DNA of 64,000 nt from contig VFHL01000006.1 in the NCBI GenBank assembly GCA_009392005.1, positions 10,671 through 74,670 of the forward strand. The letters are read 5' to 3'. Of the stretch, positions 39,723-52,573 are shown in pieces. The position numbers and the translations under genes were made by a program. The notes beneath the pieces were generated by a model. It did not search any database, had not been told where the DNA came from, and saw nothing but the letters and a program-made list of their open reading frames with translations. The DNA is from SAR202 cluster bacterium. Its GTDB lineage: Bacteria; Chloroflexota; Dehalococcoidia; UBA6926; VFHL01. The stretch's first letter is position 1; every line of letters starts with the position of its first letter.

Positions 39723-39766
39723 CCGCGTACAAACACTAGAATTTCTGGAGACTAAGGAAAAACAAA

Positions 39767-40159
39767 ATGCCAATTAGACCAGTTACATACTTGATTTGGC
39801 CAGCGGCAAGTATGCTTTTCGGTTTTCTTGTCTTAACAATATTGGGACCACACCCTGCACTCGTAGCGCTAGGTTTGTCCTTGATCGGCTTTTTCCTACT
39901 TGTGGCTGTGGGTGAAATCACACCCTGGGCTCAAATCCGCGGCATCAAAAACCCAACCAAATTCAGCACAACGATAGGAGTATATGCATCGGTTGCATGG
40001 GTTCTATACGTGATCGTTGTAAGTCTTCCAATCGGGTTCTTCACAGATTTGCCCACATCAAGAATAGGTCGCAGCATATATTTTTGGATAACAATCATAC
40101 CCTTGCCGGTTTTATATCTTGGAATCTGGCGGTTTCAATACCAAAAAGCCAAGAAATAA
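39767..40159 (+). CDS. small hypothetical membrane protein (about 4 TM)
   Basis: AAGGAAAAACAAA-ATG SD. Hydrophobic helices. Confidence 0.4.
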   Translation: MPIRPVTYLIWPAASMLFGFLVLTILGPHPALVALGLSLIGFFLLVAVGEITPWAQIRGIKNPTKFSTTIGVYASVAWVLYVIVVSLPIGFFTDLPTSRIGRSIYFWITIIPLPVLYLGIWRFQYQKAKK

Positions 40160-40182
40160 AGACGGCGACGCAGCAAAAAAAC

Positions 40183-40797
40183 TCAAGATTGTGGAAAAAC
40201 TGATCTTTGATATTTTTTTGAAACCCGGTTGCCTCCACTCAGCGTTTCCCAATCAGAGCGAAATATTTCCATTAGAACAAAATCCCAAACCCCACGACTA
40301 TTGCGGCGATATTCAACAAACCCGCACTTTTGGAAACTCTTTTGTGCACGAACATTCCAATCAAGTGTTTTTAAATAGACACGTGTCAAACCTATTTCGG
40401 CAAACAAATAACCAAGAAGTAATGTCACCGCTTCAGTGCCATATCCGCCATTCCAATAATCTTTGTCCCCAACTAAGATTCCTAATTCAGCTTCACTTTT
40501 GTAAGGATTCAAGTCATAGTACATACAATTACCAATGTGCAACCGATCATACGTCTCTATACCAAAACGCCGACTATCACTCGGTGGATTCTGTAGTTCA
40601 TCAAGATAATACGCCTCAAATTCAGCAAACGTGGTACTAGGTGGATATGTCGCATCAAGGCGTGCTAATTCCGGATCAGTACGCCAGGTGTAATCACGAA
40701 AAGCATCTTTTGAAGATTTGTCCCTCAAAAAAACCTTTCCACCCTTGAGTGTCGATTGTATGTTTGAATTCTCTTTCTTATTTCTCATTGCGAACAC
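40183..40797 (-). CDS. GNAT N-acetyltransferase (RimJ/RimL-like)
   Basis: GNAT motifs A/B: GYGTEAV...NVRAQKSFQKCGF. Confidence 0.75.
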   Translation of the reverse strand: MFAMRNKKENSNIQSTLKGGKVFLRDKSSKDAFRDYTWRTDPELARLDATYPPSTTFAEFEAYYLDELQNPPSDSRRFGIETYDRLHIGNCMYYDLNPYKSEAELGILVGDKDYWNGGYGTEAVTLLLGYLFAEIGLTRVYLKTLDWNVRAQKSFQKCGFVEYRRNSRGVWDFVLMEIFRSDWETLSGGNRVSKKYQRSVFPQS

Positions 40798-41037
40798 ATC
40801 AATTTTCAGAAAGTATTTCTACGCATATCTCAACTGCCCTAAATAATATCCTATCCGGCTCCTGACGCAAAGATTCACCCCTACCTTTTTTGTCATGACA
40901 ACACGATCACATCAGTTTATAAACATGCTCCCGAAAGACACACCTAATTCCCAAAAAAGAGTTGGCGAGATACTAGAACAATTAAAAAGAAGCCTTGAAA
41001 CAAATTAGCGAATCATTGACAATTTCATCTCATTGAT

Positions 41038-41064
41038 ATAGCATCGTGACCTGCACGTGAGGAA
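41038..41064 (+). promoter_or_regulatory. candidate sigma70-type promoter for rpoBC
   Basis: Perfect TTGACA at 41038-41043, then a 15-nt spacer and TGaTAGCAT extended -10-like element. Confidence 0.3.
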
Positions 41065-41179
41065 TATATCAGTCTTTTCTACAAAAGTGTAATTCCTAAT
41101 CCTGACCCGGTCTAAGACACGGGTTGGGGCTTTTTTGCGTTCAACTTCAAGCATTGTTTTATGTCAAAAGGAGCACGGT

Positions 41180-44100
41180 ATGAGCCTAGCGTTCTCGGAA
41201 CAGCCCAATTCGTCAACAGCGAAAAATCGACAATCATTCTCTCGATTACCGGATATTTTAGATGTGCCAAACTTGGTCCAAGTACAACTGGATTCATACA
41301 ATAATTTTCGTGACAACGGGTTGCTAGAACTTCTAGGCGAGGTGTCTCCAATTCAAGACGTCGCAAGAGAGGCCCTTCCATCAGACCTACTTGCCAATAA
41401 CTCCATCCAAGAAATCATCAAGATTGTACAAGATACTCCAACGACACTTGATCCCACTGGAGGCCGATATTCTTTGACGTTCACAGGGAAGCGTTTTAAT
41501 GATCCCAAATATAACGAGATTGAGTGCCGTGATCGTGACCTAACATATTCTTCGCCTCTTTATGTGACTGCACAGTTGGTCACAAAAGAAACTGGAGAAG
41601 TAAAAGAACAAGAGTTATTCATGGGCGATATCCCACTGATGACAGATCGAGGGACGTTCATAATAAATGGTGCAGAGCGCGTAGTGGTAAGCCAGCTGGT
41701 AAGATCTCCAGGCGCTTATTTCACAATTGAACGTGATTCAACAACAGGACGTCCGCTCTGCTTCGCTAAGCTAATACCAAGCCGAGGCGCGTGGCTCGAA
41801 TTTGAAACGAGTGCGAAGGGCGTCATCAGCGTCAAAGTTGATCGAAGAAGAAAAATGCCTGTAACTACGCTATTGAGATCTCTAGGTTACGGCACAGACG
41901 AGGCGATACTTAGTTTGTTCTCTGATTTGGAAAATGACACTGAAACGAATTATATCCAATCAACTATTGATCGTGAACCAGGAGGGCCGGACACCGACGA
42001 AGCATTATTGGACTTTTTCAAACGACTTCGACCGGGTGAACCCGCCATACCTGAAAATGCGAAATCCCTGTTGTTCAACTTGTTCTTCAATCGCAGAAGA
42101 TACGACTTAGGGAAGGTTGGGCGCTACAAACTTAATCGAGCTCTCAGTACTGATTACCCCGAAGAGAATCGTGTCTTGACGCCAGATGATTTAGTTCGAA
42201 TTATCCGCAAATTGATTATGGTCAATCAAGGTAAAATCACTCCAGATGATATTGACCACCTCGGGAATCGACGAGTACGCGCAGTCGGCGAGTTAGTACA
42301 AAACCAATTTCGTATTGGTCTGCTCCGAATGGAACGGGTCGCAAGAGAGCGAATGACCTTGGTTCAGCCGGAGAATGCTACCCCCGGACACCTGATCAAC
42401 GTTAGGCCTATTGTTGCATCAGTTCGTGAATTTTTTGGCGGATCTCAACTTTCCCAATTTATGGACCAAACGAACCCTCTCGCAGAATTGACCCACAAAC
42501 GACGATTATCCGCATTAGGACCGGGCGGCCTCTCGCGCGAACGAGCAGGATTTGACGTACGCGATGTTCACTACTCCCATTATGGACGAATATGCCCAAT
42601 TGAAACACCCGAAGGCCCAAACATTGGCCTCTTAGGTTCGCTTGCAAGCTATGCGCGAGTGAATTCATATGGATTTATTGAAACCCCCTACCGACGAGTG
42701 ATTAAAGAGATGGAAGTCAACGATCCCGATCTCATAGGAAGGGCTTCCTTAAACGACATCTCGACAAAAAAGGGAGAGTTAATTGTTAGCGCAGGATCCG
42801 AAATCACTGAAAAAGATGTGACACGCTTGAAGAAGTCACGGATCAAGAATATAGAAATCAAGCCAGCTGTAGCCGACGAAATTGAATACCTCCCAGCCGA
42901 TGTAGAAGATGACTACCATGTAGCTCAAGCGAATTCAATCCTTGATGATCGAAATCAGTTTGTGGATGATCGAGTTGAAGCAAGAAACCGCGGACAATTT
43001 CGTCATGAGCCACCCACTGCGGTGCAATTTATGGACGTGTCTCCACAGCAGATCTTTAGTGTTTCAACATCATTGATCCCCTTCTTGGAACATGATGATG
43101 CGAACCGAGCTCTAATGGGATCGAATATGCAACGACAGGCGGTACCCTTACTGCGACCAGAGGCGCCTGTAGTTGGCACCGGCATGGAAAAACGTGTCGC
43201 CCAAGATAGCGGCCAAATCGCGCTAGCAAGCGTGTCAGGGGAAATTGTAAGCGTTACAGCAAACTCAATCAGGATTCGTGATGAAAAAGGAAAAGACCAT
43301 CCACATCCGGTGAGGAAATTTGAACGGTCCAATCAAGGAACCTGTATCAATCAGAGACCAATAGTTGGCAAAGGTAACACGGTGGAAATCGGGCAACCAA
43401 TTGTTGATTCCTCCTCCACACAGAACGGGGAATTAGCTCTAGGCCAAAACGTATTGTGTGCGTTTATGAGTTGGGAAGGTTACAACTTTGAAGATGCCAT
43501 CATTATAAGTGAAACAATGGTGCGCGATGACAAGTTTACGTCCGTACATATTGAAAAATATGAAATAGAGGCACGTGATACCAAACTTGGGCCTGAAGAA
43601 ATAACTCGTGACATACCTAACGTTGGTGAAGAAAGTCTTAACGATTTAGATGAAGAGGGAGTCATTCGCGTTGGTGCGAAAGTGGGACCAGGCGACATTT
43701 TGGTCGGAAAAATCACACCCAAAGGTGAGACCGAATTATCCCCAGAAGAAAAATTACTCCGGGCTATTTTTGGTGAAAAAGCTCGAGATGTAAAAGATTC
43801 ATCCCTGCGCGTGCCACATGGCGAAAGCGGCAAAGTAATCGAAATCAAAACCCTCTCGCGGGCGGACAAAGATGAATTATCGGCTGGAATCAACAAAATG
43901 GTCCGCGTTTGGGTTGCTCAAACACGGAAAATATCCGAAGGCGACAAAATGGCCGGACGACACGGGAACAAAGGGGTCGTAGCTCGGATAATGCCATCAG
44001 AAGACATGCCCTGTTTACCAGATGGTACGCCCATCGACATTATCCTAAATCCCATCGGAGTCCCTTCACGAATGAATCTTGGACAAATACTGGAAACTCA

Positions 44101-45061
44101 TATTGGATCGGCAGCAAGACAATTGGGATTCAACGTGAAAACGCCAGTATTTAATGGTGCCACAACAACTGATATTGAAGATTCCTTATCCCAAGCATGG
44201 CTAGTTCAACGGGCAGGTGCAGCAGAAATACTGACTGGAAATGAAAATATTACTTTCAACTTGGAACAAGCACGCGAATGGGTGACAGAACAAGGTTTCG
44301 ATGGAGACTCCGTATTCAGCAAAAACTCTAACGAAGAAGCGAAAAGGGCATGCTTGACGATCTGGCTAAAAGATCAAGGAGCCAAGATAAGAAAACTTGA
44401 TGTAGAAGCTTTAGAAGAAAGAGCAGCAAAAGTCTTCAAGGAAACAGGTGTAGTTCCTCCCTTGTTTGGAAAGATGCAACTCCGAGATGGCCGAAGCGGT
44501 GAAACCTTTGATCAAGAGGTTACCGTAGGATCTGTCTACATGTTGAAGCTTATACATCAGGTTGAAGACAAAATCCATGCACGATCAACTGGACCTTATT
44601 CACTGATTACGCAGCAACCCCTTGGTGGAAAGGCCCAATTTGGTGGTCAACGCTTTGGTGAAATGGAAGTTTGGGCACTTGAAGCATATAGCGCAGCTTA
44701 TAACCTTCAAGAAATGCTTACAGTAAAATCTGACGATGTACAAGGACGCCAAAGGACCTACGAGTCTATTGTGAAGGGGGAAAACGTATTCCAACCGGGA
44801 ATCCCTGAATCATTCAACGTCCTCCAAAAGGAATTGCAAAGTCTTGGGCTTGCTGTTGACCTCCTGCAAACAGACCAGCTATCGCCAGCAGATGCATATG
44901 GCGCAACGCCCGAGCCGCCGCCATTAGAAGAGCAGCGAATACAGGATGAAATGGCCCATGCAGAAGAAGCATTACCCGTACCTGAGACTGAAGGAGAACC
45001 AGAAGGGGTAGATGCCACACCGGAATCTATTAAACAAAATGAAGAACCCAACGATTCTTAG
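41180..45061 (+). CDS. rpoB: DNA-directed RNA polymerase subunit beta
   Basis: The start is chosen as ATG at 41180 (MSLAFSEQP...NRQSFSRLP) with AAAGGAG SD. The ORF track begins at 41135. Confidence 0.97.
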   Translation: MSLAFSEQPNSSTAKNRQSFSRLPDILDVPNLVQVQLDSYNNFRDNGLLELLGEVSPIQDVAREALPSDLLANNSIQEIIKIVQDTPTTLDPTGGRYSLTFTGKRFNDPKYNEIECRDRDLTYSSPLYVTAQLVTKETGEVKEQELFMGDIPLMTDRGTFIINGAERVVVSQLVRSPGAYFTIERDSTTGRPLCFAKLIPSRGAWLEFETSAKGVISVKVDRRRKMPVTTLLRSLGYGTDEAILSLFSDLENDTETNYIQSTIDREPGGPDTDEALLDFFKRLRPGEPAIPENAKSLLFNLFFNRRRYDLGKVGRYKLNRALSTDYPEENRVLTPDDLVRIIRKLIMVNQGKITPDDIDHLGNRRVRAVGELVQNQFRIGLLRMERVARERMTLVQPENATPGHLINVRPIVASVREFFGGSQLSQFMDQTNPLAELTHKRRLSALGPGGLSRERAGFDVRDVHYSHYGRICPIETPEGPNIGLLGSLASYARVNSYGFIETPYRRVIKEMEVNDPDLIGRASLNDISTKKGELIVSAGSEITEKDVTRLKKSRIKNIEIKPAVADEIEYLPADVEDDYHVAQANSILDDRNQFVDDRVEARNRGQFRHEPPTAVQFMDVSPQQIFSVSTSLIPFLEHDDANRALMGSNMQRQAVPLLRPEAPVVGTGMEKRVAQDSGQIALASVSGEIVSVTANSIRIRDEKGKDHPHPVRKFERSNQGTCINQRPIVGKGNTVEIGQPIVDSSSTQNGELALGQNVLCAFMSWEGYNFEDAIIISETMVRDDKFTSVHIEKYEIEARDTKLGPEEITRDIPNVGEESLNDLDEEGVIRVGAKVGPGDILVGKITPKGETELSPEEKLLRAIFGEKARDVKDSSLRVPHGESGKVIEIKTLSRADKDELSAGINKMVRVWVAQTRKISEGDKMAGRHGNKGVVARIMPSEDMPCLPDGTPIDIILNPIGVPSRMNLGQILETHIGSAARQLGFNVKTPVFNGATTTDIEDSLSQAWLVQRAGAAEILTGNENITFNLEQAREWVTEQGFDGDSVFSKNSNEEAKRACLTIWLKDQGAKIRKLDVEALEERAAKVFKETGVVPPLFGKMQLRDGRSGETFDQEVTVGSVYMLKLIHQVEDKIHARSTGPYSLITQQPLGGKAQFGGQRFGEMEVWALEAYSAAYNLQEMLTVKSDDVQGRQRTYESIVKGENVFQPGIPESFNVLQKELQSLGLAVDLLQTDQLSPADAYGATPEPPPLEEQRIQDEMAHAEEALPVPETEGEPEGVDATPESIKQNEEPNDS

Positions 45062-45137
45062 CGTTCTATAGCACTATCTCAACTGAAACCATTAAACTAA
45101 TTAATAACGTACCAGACGAAGGGAGACTCTGAACATC

Positions 45138-48100
45138 ATGGAAGAGCGAGCGCCGAGTTGGCGAGACCAAGAAAACAGCCTGGATGAAAATATCAATTTC
45201 AGCGCTATCAAAATCTCCCTAGCATCACCTGAACGAATCATGAGTTGGTCATATGGAGAAGTTACAAAACCTGAAACCATCAATTACAGAAACCAAAAAC
45301 CCGAAAAAGATGGGTTGTTTTGTGAACGAATATTTGGTCCAACGAAAGACTTCGAGTGCGCTTGCGGCAAGTACAAACGTATACGATTCCGAAATGTGGT
45401 TTGCGACCGATGCGGAGTTGAAGTGACTCGATCCAAAGTTCGGCGGGAACGGATGGGACACATAAGGCTTGCGGCGCCAGTCGCACACATATGGTTTGCC
45501 AAAGGAACCCCAAGTTGGCTCGGATTACTTCTTGACCTTTCCCCCCGCAACCTTGAACGCGTTCTATACTTAGCACAGTACATCATCACAGATGTCGACA
45601 CGGAACTTATAGCTGACATTCTACAATCTAAAACGCTTGATACAGAAAATGCGATCGCTAAGATTCAAGAACAGGAAGAAAAAGAAGTTGGGCAAGCACG
45701 TGCTGGCCTAGACGAAGTCCATAAAAACCTAAACGAACGGCTCGAGAAACAGCTAAATGACGTTCAGACTCAATGGGAAACCGTTAAAGCTGATGGCCTT
45801 AAAGAAATCGCACAAATCAAAAAGAACATTGAAGAGCAATTAGGAACAAAGGCGTCAGAAGGCATCTCCCTCGGTAAAACCCGCATTATCAAGAAAAACC
45901 AAATCATCAAAAACACGCATGTCGAACTTTTAGATGCAAGTGAAGAAAAATACCTTCAGGAGCTTCAGGACACAATTGATGAAAAGAAACTTGATGTAGA
46001 AGCATTAATTGCCGCCGAACGTGAAGCGATCGACCAAACAATGGGCGAGGAAATCACCAAATTATTGGGACAGTTTAAAGAGCAGCGCGACAATATCACT
46101 AAGAATGGCAACGAGGAGACAGCGGAATTAGAAAATATCAAGCCTCTACAGATTTTAAATGAAGCACGATTCCAAGAACTGACCGCGGCCTATCCTTCAT
46201 CATTCAATGCAGGGATGGGATCGGACGCAATACTGCAAGCGCTTGAAACCATCGATTTAGAATCTCTCCACGAAGATCTGTTCCATGAATCAGTATCAGG
46301 GACTGGGCAAAAAGCCAAGAAAGCAGCTAAGCGTCTATTAGTCGTCGATGCCCTTCGGAAAAGTGGTAACAAGCCAACATGGATGATCCTTCAAGCACTT
46401 CCCGTGCTGCCTCCTGACTTACGGCCCATGGTGCAACTAGATGGTGGACGATTTGCTACAAGCGACTTGAATGATCTTTATCGACGGGTAATTAACCGGA
46501 ACAATCGACTGAAACGTCTGCTAGACCTTGGAGCACCTGAGATTATCGTACGTAATGAAAAAAGAATGCTTCAAGAGTCCGTCGATGCATTAATCGATAA
46601 TGGACGGCGGGGACGCGCATTGACAGGAAGTCATAACCACAAACTGAAATCCCTTTCAGACATGCTTCGTGGAAAACAGGGGCGGTTTCGCCAGAACCTC
46701 TTAGGGAAACGTGTCGATTACAGCGGTCGTTCAGTCATTGTTGTTGGGCCGGAGCTTAAACTTAACCAGTGTGGATTACCTAAGAGAATGGCTTTGGAAC
46801 TATTTAAACCATTTGTAATGTACAAACTGGTCGCAAAAGGACTTGCGCACAATATCAAAAGTGCGAAGCGATTGGTAGACCGTGTAAGACCAGAAGTCTG
46901 GGATGTATTGGAAGAAGTAATTGAAGGCCGTCCAGTACTCCTAAATCGGGCACCAACCTTACACCGGCTCGGTATTCAGGCCTTCATGCCAACCTTAGTA
47001 GAAGGGAGCGCAATCCAGGTTCACCCACTCGTATGTGCAGCATTCAATGCTGACTTTGACGGTGACCAAATGGCAATTCATGTCCCAGTTGGCAAAGCCG
47101 CAATTGAGGAAGCAAAGAGTGTCATGCTGAGCACCGGGAACATGCTTCTACCAAGCTCAGGCGAACCTGTTGTAGCTCCGACACTTGATATTGTCGTCGG
47201 ATGTTACTACGTCACCATGGATGACTCTGAAGAAAACCCTAAAGACGATCGGTCGATCTCCCACTACAGAGACTTCGAAGATGCCAAAATCGCCTATAGT
47301 CTTGGAGAACTTCCCCTACACTCCGTTGTAGAAGTTGGAACCGGGTACGGTACCGAGAAGCCGCAAAGAGAACTTTGGGATGGCGAAACGGAAGACGGGA
47401 GAATTCGTACCACAGTTGGGCGAATTATTTTCAATGATGCGCTACCTAAAGAGCTACCATTCCAAAACAGATTGATTGATAAAGCTGCACTCAAAGAAGT
47501 TACCGTCGCCACTTATAACCTTGTAGGTAATGACGAAACAGCAGAATGTTTAGACCGCATTAAAAAGCTTGGATTCCGTTATGCAACTCAATCGGGCTTA
47601 ACGATAGCCTTAAATGATATTGCCACTCCTGAAGAAAAAGAAGCTTTAATGGATAAAGCAGACGAAGATGTCGCCGGCATTGAAAATGATTACGACATGG
47701 GATTAATTACTGAGGATGAAAAAGATTTACGCATCATCGATGTGTGGACGTCCGTCAGTGACGAGATGAATGTGGTGATTAACAACAACATTAGGGATTA
47801 CGGCAACCTCTATTTGATGGCTGGATCAGGTGCTAAAGGTAACATTAATCAAATCAAACAGATGGCAGGAATGCGTGGTCTCATGGCAGACCCACAAGGC
47901 AAGATCATTCCTCTCCCAATACGTGCAAGTTTCCGTGAAGGGCTCAGCGTGATGGAATATTTCATTTCCACACACGGTGCACGCAAGGGTCTCGCAGACA
48001 CAGCATTAAGAACCGCTGATAGCGGATATCTGACTCGACGACTGATCGATGTATCACAAGACGTCATTGTAATGGAAACAGATTGTGGAACCTCAAAAGG

Positions 48101-49538
48101 AATCTGGGCGTCATCTCCTAATGACACGTCTCTTCGAATAAGTCTGGCAGAAAGAATAGCAGGACGCGTGTCGGCGGCAGACGTATTGGACCCGAACACG
48201 GGCGATGTTATCGTCAAAATGAATGACGAGATTGACGAGCATATTGCTCAAACTATTAGCGATGTAGGTGTGGAAACAGTCTATGTACGAAGTCCATTAA
48301 CGTGTGAAGCAAGACGGGGAGTATGCCAATGGTGTTACGGACGCAGCTTAGCTCATGGCCGACTCGTCGCTAAGGGCGAAGCAGTAGGAATCATATCCGC
48401 ACAATCAATCGGTGAACCCGGAACACAGCTGACAATGCGAACATTCCACACCGGAGGTGTTGCGGGAATTGACATCACAAGTGGGTTACCACGAGTCGAA
48501 GAAATTTTCGAAGCGCGTACCCCTAAGTTGGCGGCACCAATTGCAGAGACAGACGGCCTTGTTGAAATTATTGAAGGGTCAGATGGCCGTCGGATACATA
48601 TCGTAAGTCAAGAGATTTACAAAGAGGAATACGAGCTTCCGGAAGGATTCGAATGGAAATCAACAGATGAGGACTGGGTCGACGTGGGAACAGTTTTAGC
48701 CCAACCCAAAAAGTCCAAAAAAGGTGATCAAAAAGATCAAGAAAACGAGGCTCCATTAGCGAGGATTCCTGGTCGGACATTGATCGAAAAAGAGAAATTA
48801 ACTATCTACCATGAAGAAAGAGATGAACGCGAATACGTGGTGCCTATCGGTGCTAGAATCCTCGTCGAAAATGGTCAGCGCATTAAGGCTGGAGAGCAAT
48901 TGTCGATGGGATCAATTAATCCTCAGGACCTACTACGTATTAGCGGAGAAGGTGCAGTTGTAAGCTATTTGGTTGACGAAGTTCAACGCGTCTACAGAAC
49001 GCAAGGAGTAGCGATCCACGACAAGCATATTGAAATTATTGTTAGGCAAATGCTCCGGCGTGTGCGCGTAGATCATCCTGGGGATAGCGAATATTCTCAG
49101 GGAGAATTAGTCGACAGACTATTGTTTGAGTCCACTAATGCAAGTATTCTCGCTCAAGCAGGAGAACCGGCAACTGCACAACCAGTGCTCCTCGGTGTTA
49201 CCAAAGCATCATTAAATACCGATAGCTTCTTGGCTGCAGCATCATTCCAAGAAACAACTCGTGTACTAGCGAAAGATGCGCTATTGGGGAAAGTGGATTT
49301 GCTCCGTGGATTAAAGGAAAATGTTATTCTTGGCCGACTTATACCTGCACGATACGAATTTGCGGAACAGCAAATGCTTCGAATGCAACCTTTAACAGAA
49401 CAAGAGAAAATAGCGGTTGAAGCCGGATCTCAAGAACTTGATGAAGGTGAAGAGCTTGTGACAGAGGCAACCGTCAACGTCGAGCAAGATACTAGTACCG
49501 AAGAGGCGACCGATACAGCTGAAATATCAACTGATTAA
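45138..49538 (+). CDS. rpoC: DNA-directed RNA polymerase subunit beta-prime
   Basis: Zn-finger [29 protein letters not shown] catalytic loop. AGGGAG SD. Confidence 0.97.
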   Translation: MEERAPSWRDQENSLDENINFSAIKISLASPERIMSWSYGEVTKPETINYRNQKPEKDGLFCERIFGPTKDFECACGKYKRIRFRNVVCDRCGVEVTRSKVRRERMGHIRLAAPVAHIWFAKGTPSWLGLLLDLSPRNLERVLYLAQYIITDVDTELIADILQSKTLDTENAIAKIQEQEEKEVGQARAGLDEVHKNLNERLEKQLNDVQTQWETVKADGLKEIAQIKKNIEEQLGTKASEGISLGKTRIIKKNQIIKNTHVELLDASEEKYLQELQDTIDEKKLDVEALIAAEREAIDQTMGEEITKLLGQFKEQRDNITKNGNEETAELENIKPLQILNEARFQELTAAYPSSFNAGMGSDAILQALETIDLESLHEDLFHESVSGTGQKAKKAAKRLLVVDALRKSGNKPTWMILQALPVLPPDLRPMVQLDGGRFATSDLNDLYRRVINRNNRLKRLLDLGAPEIIVRNEKRMLQESVDALIDNGRRGRALTGSHNHKLKSLSDMLRGKQGRFRQNLLGKRVDYSGRSVIVVGPELKLNQCGLPKRMALELFKPFVMYKLVAKGLAHNIKSAKRLVDRVRPEVWDVLEEVIEGRPVLLNRAPTLHRLGIQAFMPTLVEGSAIQVHPLVCAAFNADFDGDQMAIHVPVGKAAIEEAKSVMLSTGNMLLPSSGEPVVAPTLDIVVGCYYVTMDDSEENPKDDRSISHYRDFEDAKIAYSLGELPLHSVVEVGTGYGTEKPQRELWDGETEDGRIRTTVGRIIFNDALPKELPFQNRLIDKAALKEVTVATYNLVGNDETAECLDRIKKLGFRYATQSGLTIALNDIATPEEKEALMDKADEDVAGIENDYDMGLITEDEKDLRIIDVWTSVSDEMNVVINNNIRDYGNLYLMAGSGAKGNINQIKQMAGMRGLMADPQGKIIPLPIRASFREGLSVMEYFISTHGARKGLADTALRTADSGYLTRRLIDVSQDVIVMETDCGTSKGIWASSPNDTSLRISLAERIAGRVSAADVLDPNTGDVIVKMNDEIDEHIAQTISDVGVETVYVRSPLTCEARRGVCQWCYGRSLAHGRLVAKGEAVGIISAQSIGEPGTQLTMRTFHTGGVAGIDITSGLPRVEEIFEARTPKLAAPIAETDGLVEIIEGSDGRRIHIVSQEIYKEEYELPEGFEWKSTDEDWVDVGTVLAQPKKSKKGDQKDQENEAPLARIPGRTLIEKEKLTIYHEERDEREYVVPIGARILVENGQRIKAGEQLSMGSINPQDLLRISGEGAVVSYLVDEVQRVYRTQGVAIHDKHIEIIVRQMLRRVRVDHPGDSEYSQGELVDRLLFESTNASILAQAGEPATAQPVLLGVTKASLNTDSFLAAASFQETTRVLAKDALLGKVDLLRGLKENVILGRLIPARYEFAEQQMLRMQPLTEQEKIAVEAGSQELDEGEELVTEATVNVEQDTSTEEATDTAEISTD

Positions 49539-49565
49539 GTTACTCTAGACATACTTTAGAAACAA

Positions 49566-49602
49566 ATACCAAACGGGACTTCATCTAAACCCCGTTTGGT
49601 AT
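49566..49602 (+). other. 12-bp perfect hairpin between rpoC and pyrD (possible terminator/attenuator)
   Basis: ATACCAAACGGG-13 nt loop-CCCGTTTGGTAT, with no 3' U-tract on the plus strand. Confidence 0.4.
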
Positions 49603-50531
49603 ACAATGCAAACATGGATTTGTCATTAACCATTCCTAGTTCAAACCAACATGTCGAACTTGCGAATCCCGTTTTCACTGCATCGGGCACTTTCGGTTTC
49701 GGAACGGACCACTCAGACGCCACTGAGATGACATACTTGGGGGCTATCGTTACCAAAACAACAACTCTTAACCCACGGTTCGGAAACCCTCAACCCAGAA
49801 TCGCTGAAACATCAAGCGGAATGTTAAATTCCATTGGTTTGCAAAACCCAGGATTGGAAGCTGTGATCAGTGATAAAGCACCCTCATGGACGGATATTGA
49901 AGTGCCTATTTTCGTTAGTATTGCTGCTGAAGATGCAGCTGAATTCGCATATATGGCAGAGCGGTTGAGCACTGTAGCAGGAGTGACAGGGATCGAATTG
50001 AATCTTAGCTGTCCAAATGTCGCCGGTGGGTTGGATTTCAGCACAGATCCAAAACTTGCAAGCCAAGTTGTTGAAAAAGTCCGAAAAGTGACACCACTCC
50101 CTATCATCGCAAAGTTAACTCCGAATGTTACAAATATCATCCCAATAGCACAAGCGGTGGAAAATGCCGGCGCCAATGCTTTGGCATTAACAAACACATT
50201 GCTAGGAACGGCAATTGATATTGAACGTCAAAAACCAATCCTTTCAACAATCTTTGGAGGATTGTCAGGACCTGCCATCAAGCCCGTGGTCCTTGCGGCA
50301 GTCTACAAAGTAGCAGAATTCGCTCGCGTACCAATCATTGGGATTGGCGGGATTCGTACCGGTGCCGATGCAATAGAATTCATGCTCGCTGGTGCGGCAG
50401 CTGTTCAGATAGGAACAGGAAACTTTCTAGACCCGGAGACACCGAGAAAAGTTATCCAAGAAATTCAAGAATACATGTCTCAACACAATATTAATAAATT
50501 GTCTGATATCATTGGCGGAGCCAGAAGATAG
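49596..50531 (+). CDS. pyrD: dihydroorotate dehydrogenase catalytic subunit, class 1B
   Basis: FMN barrel motifs NLSCPN, IGIGGI, active-site Cys class. TTG at 49596 lies inside the hairpin; an in-frame ATG at 49614 gives MDLSLTIP.... Confidence 0.9.
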   Translation: MVYNANMDLSLTIPSSNQHVELANPVFTASGTFGFGTDHSDATEMTYLGAIVTKTTTLNPRFGNPQPRIAETSSGMLNSIGLQNPGLEAVISDKAPSWTDIEVPIFVSIAAEDAAEFAYMAERLSTVAGVTGIELNLSCPNVAGGLDFSTDPKLASQVVEKVRKVTPLPIIAKLTPNVTNIIPIAQAVENAGANALALTNTLLGTAIDIERQKPILSTIFGGLSGPAIKPVVLAAVYKVAEFARVPIIGIGGIRTGADAIEFMLAGAAAVQIGTGNFLDPETPRKVIQEIQEYMSQHNINKLSDIIGGARR

Positions 50532-50563
50532 TAGAAGCCAACAAGCTCCTATACAAAAAAGTA

Positions 50564-50887
50564 ATGCACGGAGATAGTCACGTGACCCAGAATAAAAATC
50601 CTGATTTAACTCTTGATGATGTAAAACATGTAGCCGCTTTGGCGAGAATTCAAGTTGCAGAATCAGAACTAGAAACTATCCGAACACAGTTAAGCGATGT
50701 TCTTGAAATATTCGCGGCTTTGCAAGATGTTGATACAACGAATGTTGAGCCGACAGGTCACGTCAACTCAGTAAACAGTGTGATGCGAGAAGACGAACCG
50801 AGCCCCTCACTGACACAAGAACAAGTTTTGGCTAACGCCCCTCAAGAATACGAATCATTTTTTCGTATCAAACCAGTCCTCGATTAG
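50564..50887 (+). CDS. gatC: Asp/Glu-tRNA amidotransferase subunit C
   Basis: LTLDDVKHVAALARIQV...EPTGHV... is a typical GatC sequence. Confidence 0.88.
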   Translation: MHGDSHVTQNKNPDLTLDDVKHVAALARIQVAESELETIRTQLSDVLEIFAALQDVDTTNVEPTGHVNSVNSVMREDEPSPSLTQEQVLANAPQEYESFFRIKPVLD

Positions 50888-50980
50888 ATTATAGATCCTG
50901 TTTTCACGTTTGGTAGTATCTCGTCATAAATAAGAAAGATATCGATACATATTATCTAACTAAGGGGAATCAAGAAAAGA

Positions 50981-52444
50981 ATGACAAAAGACCTTCACGA
51001 ACTCACACTGATCGAAGCTTCAGCCTTACTTAACAGTAGAGAAATCTCTTCCGAAGAGTTAACTACATCCGTACTCAATCGAATTGAAGCCGTCGAAGAA
51101 AAAGTCCATGCGTTTGTTACAGTCACCAGAGATAAAGCCTTGAAAGACGCGAAATCTGCAGACAAGAAAAGATCATCTGGCGAAAATGGTCCCTTGCTAG
51201 GAATCCCCGGCGCGATCAAGGACAACATGTGCGTGGAAAATGTGCCTACGACTTGTTCCTCGAGGATGCTTGAAAATTTTATCCCACCTTATAACGCGCA
51301 CGTCGTCGATCTCTTAGCAGGTGCAGGTGCAGTAATAATCGGCAAAACAAATATGGACGAATTTGCGATGGGATCCTCTACTGAAAATTCAGCCTTTTTC
51401 CCAACACATAATCCATGGAATACCGAATATGTTCCTGGTGGATCCAGTGGAGGGTCTGCCGCTGCTGTCGCGGCAGGCGAGGGTTTTTTTGCGCTTGGTA
51501 GTGATACCGGTGGATCAATCCGTCAACCGGCTTCATTTTGTGGCGTAGTCGGTCTCAAGCCAACCTATGGACGCATTAGTCGATATGGCTTAGTCGCGTT
51601 TGGAAGTTCCCTTGATCAAATCGGCCCTCTTACATCAACCGTCGCCGGTTCTGCCGCTGTTCTAAACGCAATCGCAGGGCATGACAATCGAGACTCAACA
51701 TCAATACCTGAAACACCACCGGACTACACTAAATCTCTTGACCACGAAATTAAGGGAGTACGGATTGGAGTAGTGAAAGAACTGCTTAATGACGGGATTG
51801 ATTCTTCGATTCGATCCGCCATTTTAAAAGCAGTAGAGGTTTTAGAAAAATCTGGAGCAATAGTTGATCTAGATGCATCGTTACCTTCAATACAACATGC
51901 TCTCTCTGTGTATTACATCATTGCGCCTGCAGAGGTGTCAGCGAACTTAGCGCGATATGATGGTGTCAAATATGGATATTCACCAGTTGATGATGGGACA
52001 ATGTGGGAAGTAATGGAAAAGGCTCGTGAATTTGGGTTTGGGCCCGAAGTAAAACGAAGGATACTACTTGGGACATATGCTCTATCGGCAGGATATTATG
52101 ATGCCTATTACAAAAAGGCGCAGCAAGTTAGAACATTAATACGTCAGGAATATACAAACGCCTTTGAAAAATACGACGTACTACTGTCCCCCACTACCCC
52201 AACTCTACCCTTTAAAATAGGGGAAAAAACAGCTGATCCCGTTGCAATGTACCTGAATGATATTTGTACAATTCCAACAAATATTGCCGGCATCCCAAGT
52301 ATTTCTTTACAATGTGGTATAGAAGACGGACTGCCAATCGGATTGCAAATCTCAGGCAAACCACTAGATGAAGAGATGGTATTGCGTGTCGCGTACGCCT
52401 ATGAGCAACAAACCACATGGCATACAACGCGACCATCTTTATAA
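50981..52444 (+). CDS. gatA: Asp/Glu-tRNA amidotransferase subunit A (amidase signature)
   Basis: GGSSGGSAAAVA amidase-signature motif, K-S-S triad context. Confidence 0.95.
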   Translation: MTKDLHELTLIEASALLNSREISSEELTTSVLNRIEAVEEKVHAFVTVTRDKALKDAKSADKKRSSGENGPLLGIPGAIKDNMCVENVPTTCSSRMLENFIPPYNAHVVDLLAGAGAVIIGKTNMDEFAMGSSTENSAFFPTHNPWNTEYVPGGSSGGSAAAVAAGEGFFALGSDTGGSIRQPASFCGVVGLKPTYGRISRYGLVAFGSSLDQIGPLTSTVAGSAAVLNAIAGHDNRDSTSIPETPPDYTKSLDHEIKGVRIGVVKELLNDGIDSSIRSAILKAVEVLEKSGAIVDLDASLPSIQHALSVYYIIAPAEVSANLARYDGVKYGYSPVDDGTMWEVMEKAREFGFGPEVKRRILLGTYALSAGYYDAYYKKAQQVRTLIRQEYTNAFEKYDVLLSPTTPTLPFKIGEKTADPVAMYLNDICTIPTNIAGIPSISLQCGIEDGLPIGLQISGKPLDEEMVLRVAYAYEQQTTWHTTRPSL

Positions 52445-52573
52445 AGACTGTTATGGTAAAGTATAAAATCGCTTTACATTTAAAGAGATGATCATGCTCA
52501 TCATCCGCTATTAATCAAAGTCCGATAATTCCAGAAAGCGCATTGAAACAAATAGATAGGAAGACGAGAATAG

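Noticed and set aside
41112-41381. 89-aa minus-strand ORF in the rpoB leader/start
   Set aside because: It is antisense to the rpoB start region, with no SD and no motif. It is an artefact of the open antisense frame.
45600-46400. Extra coiled-coil-rich segment in beta-prime (rpoC 1466 aa)
   Set aside because: Lineage-specific insertions at this position of beta-prime are common, and there is nothing to suggest a mobile or foreign insert.
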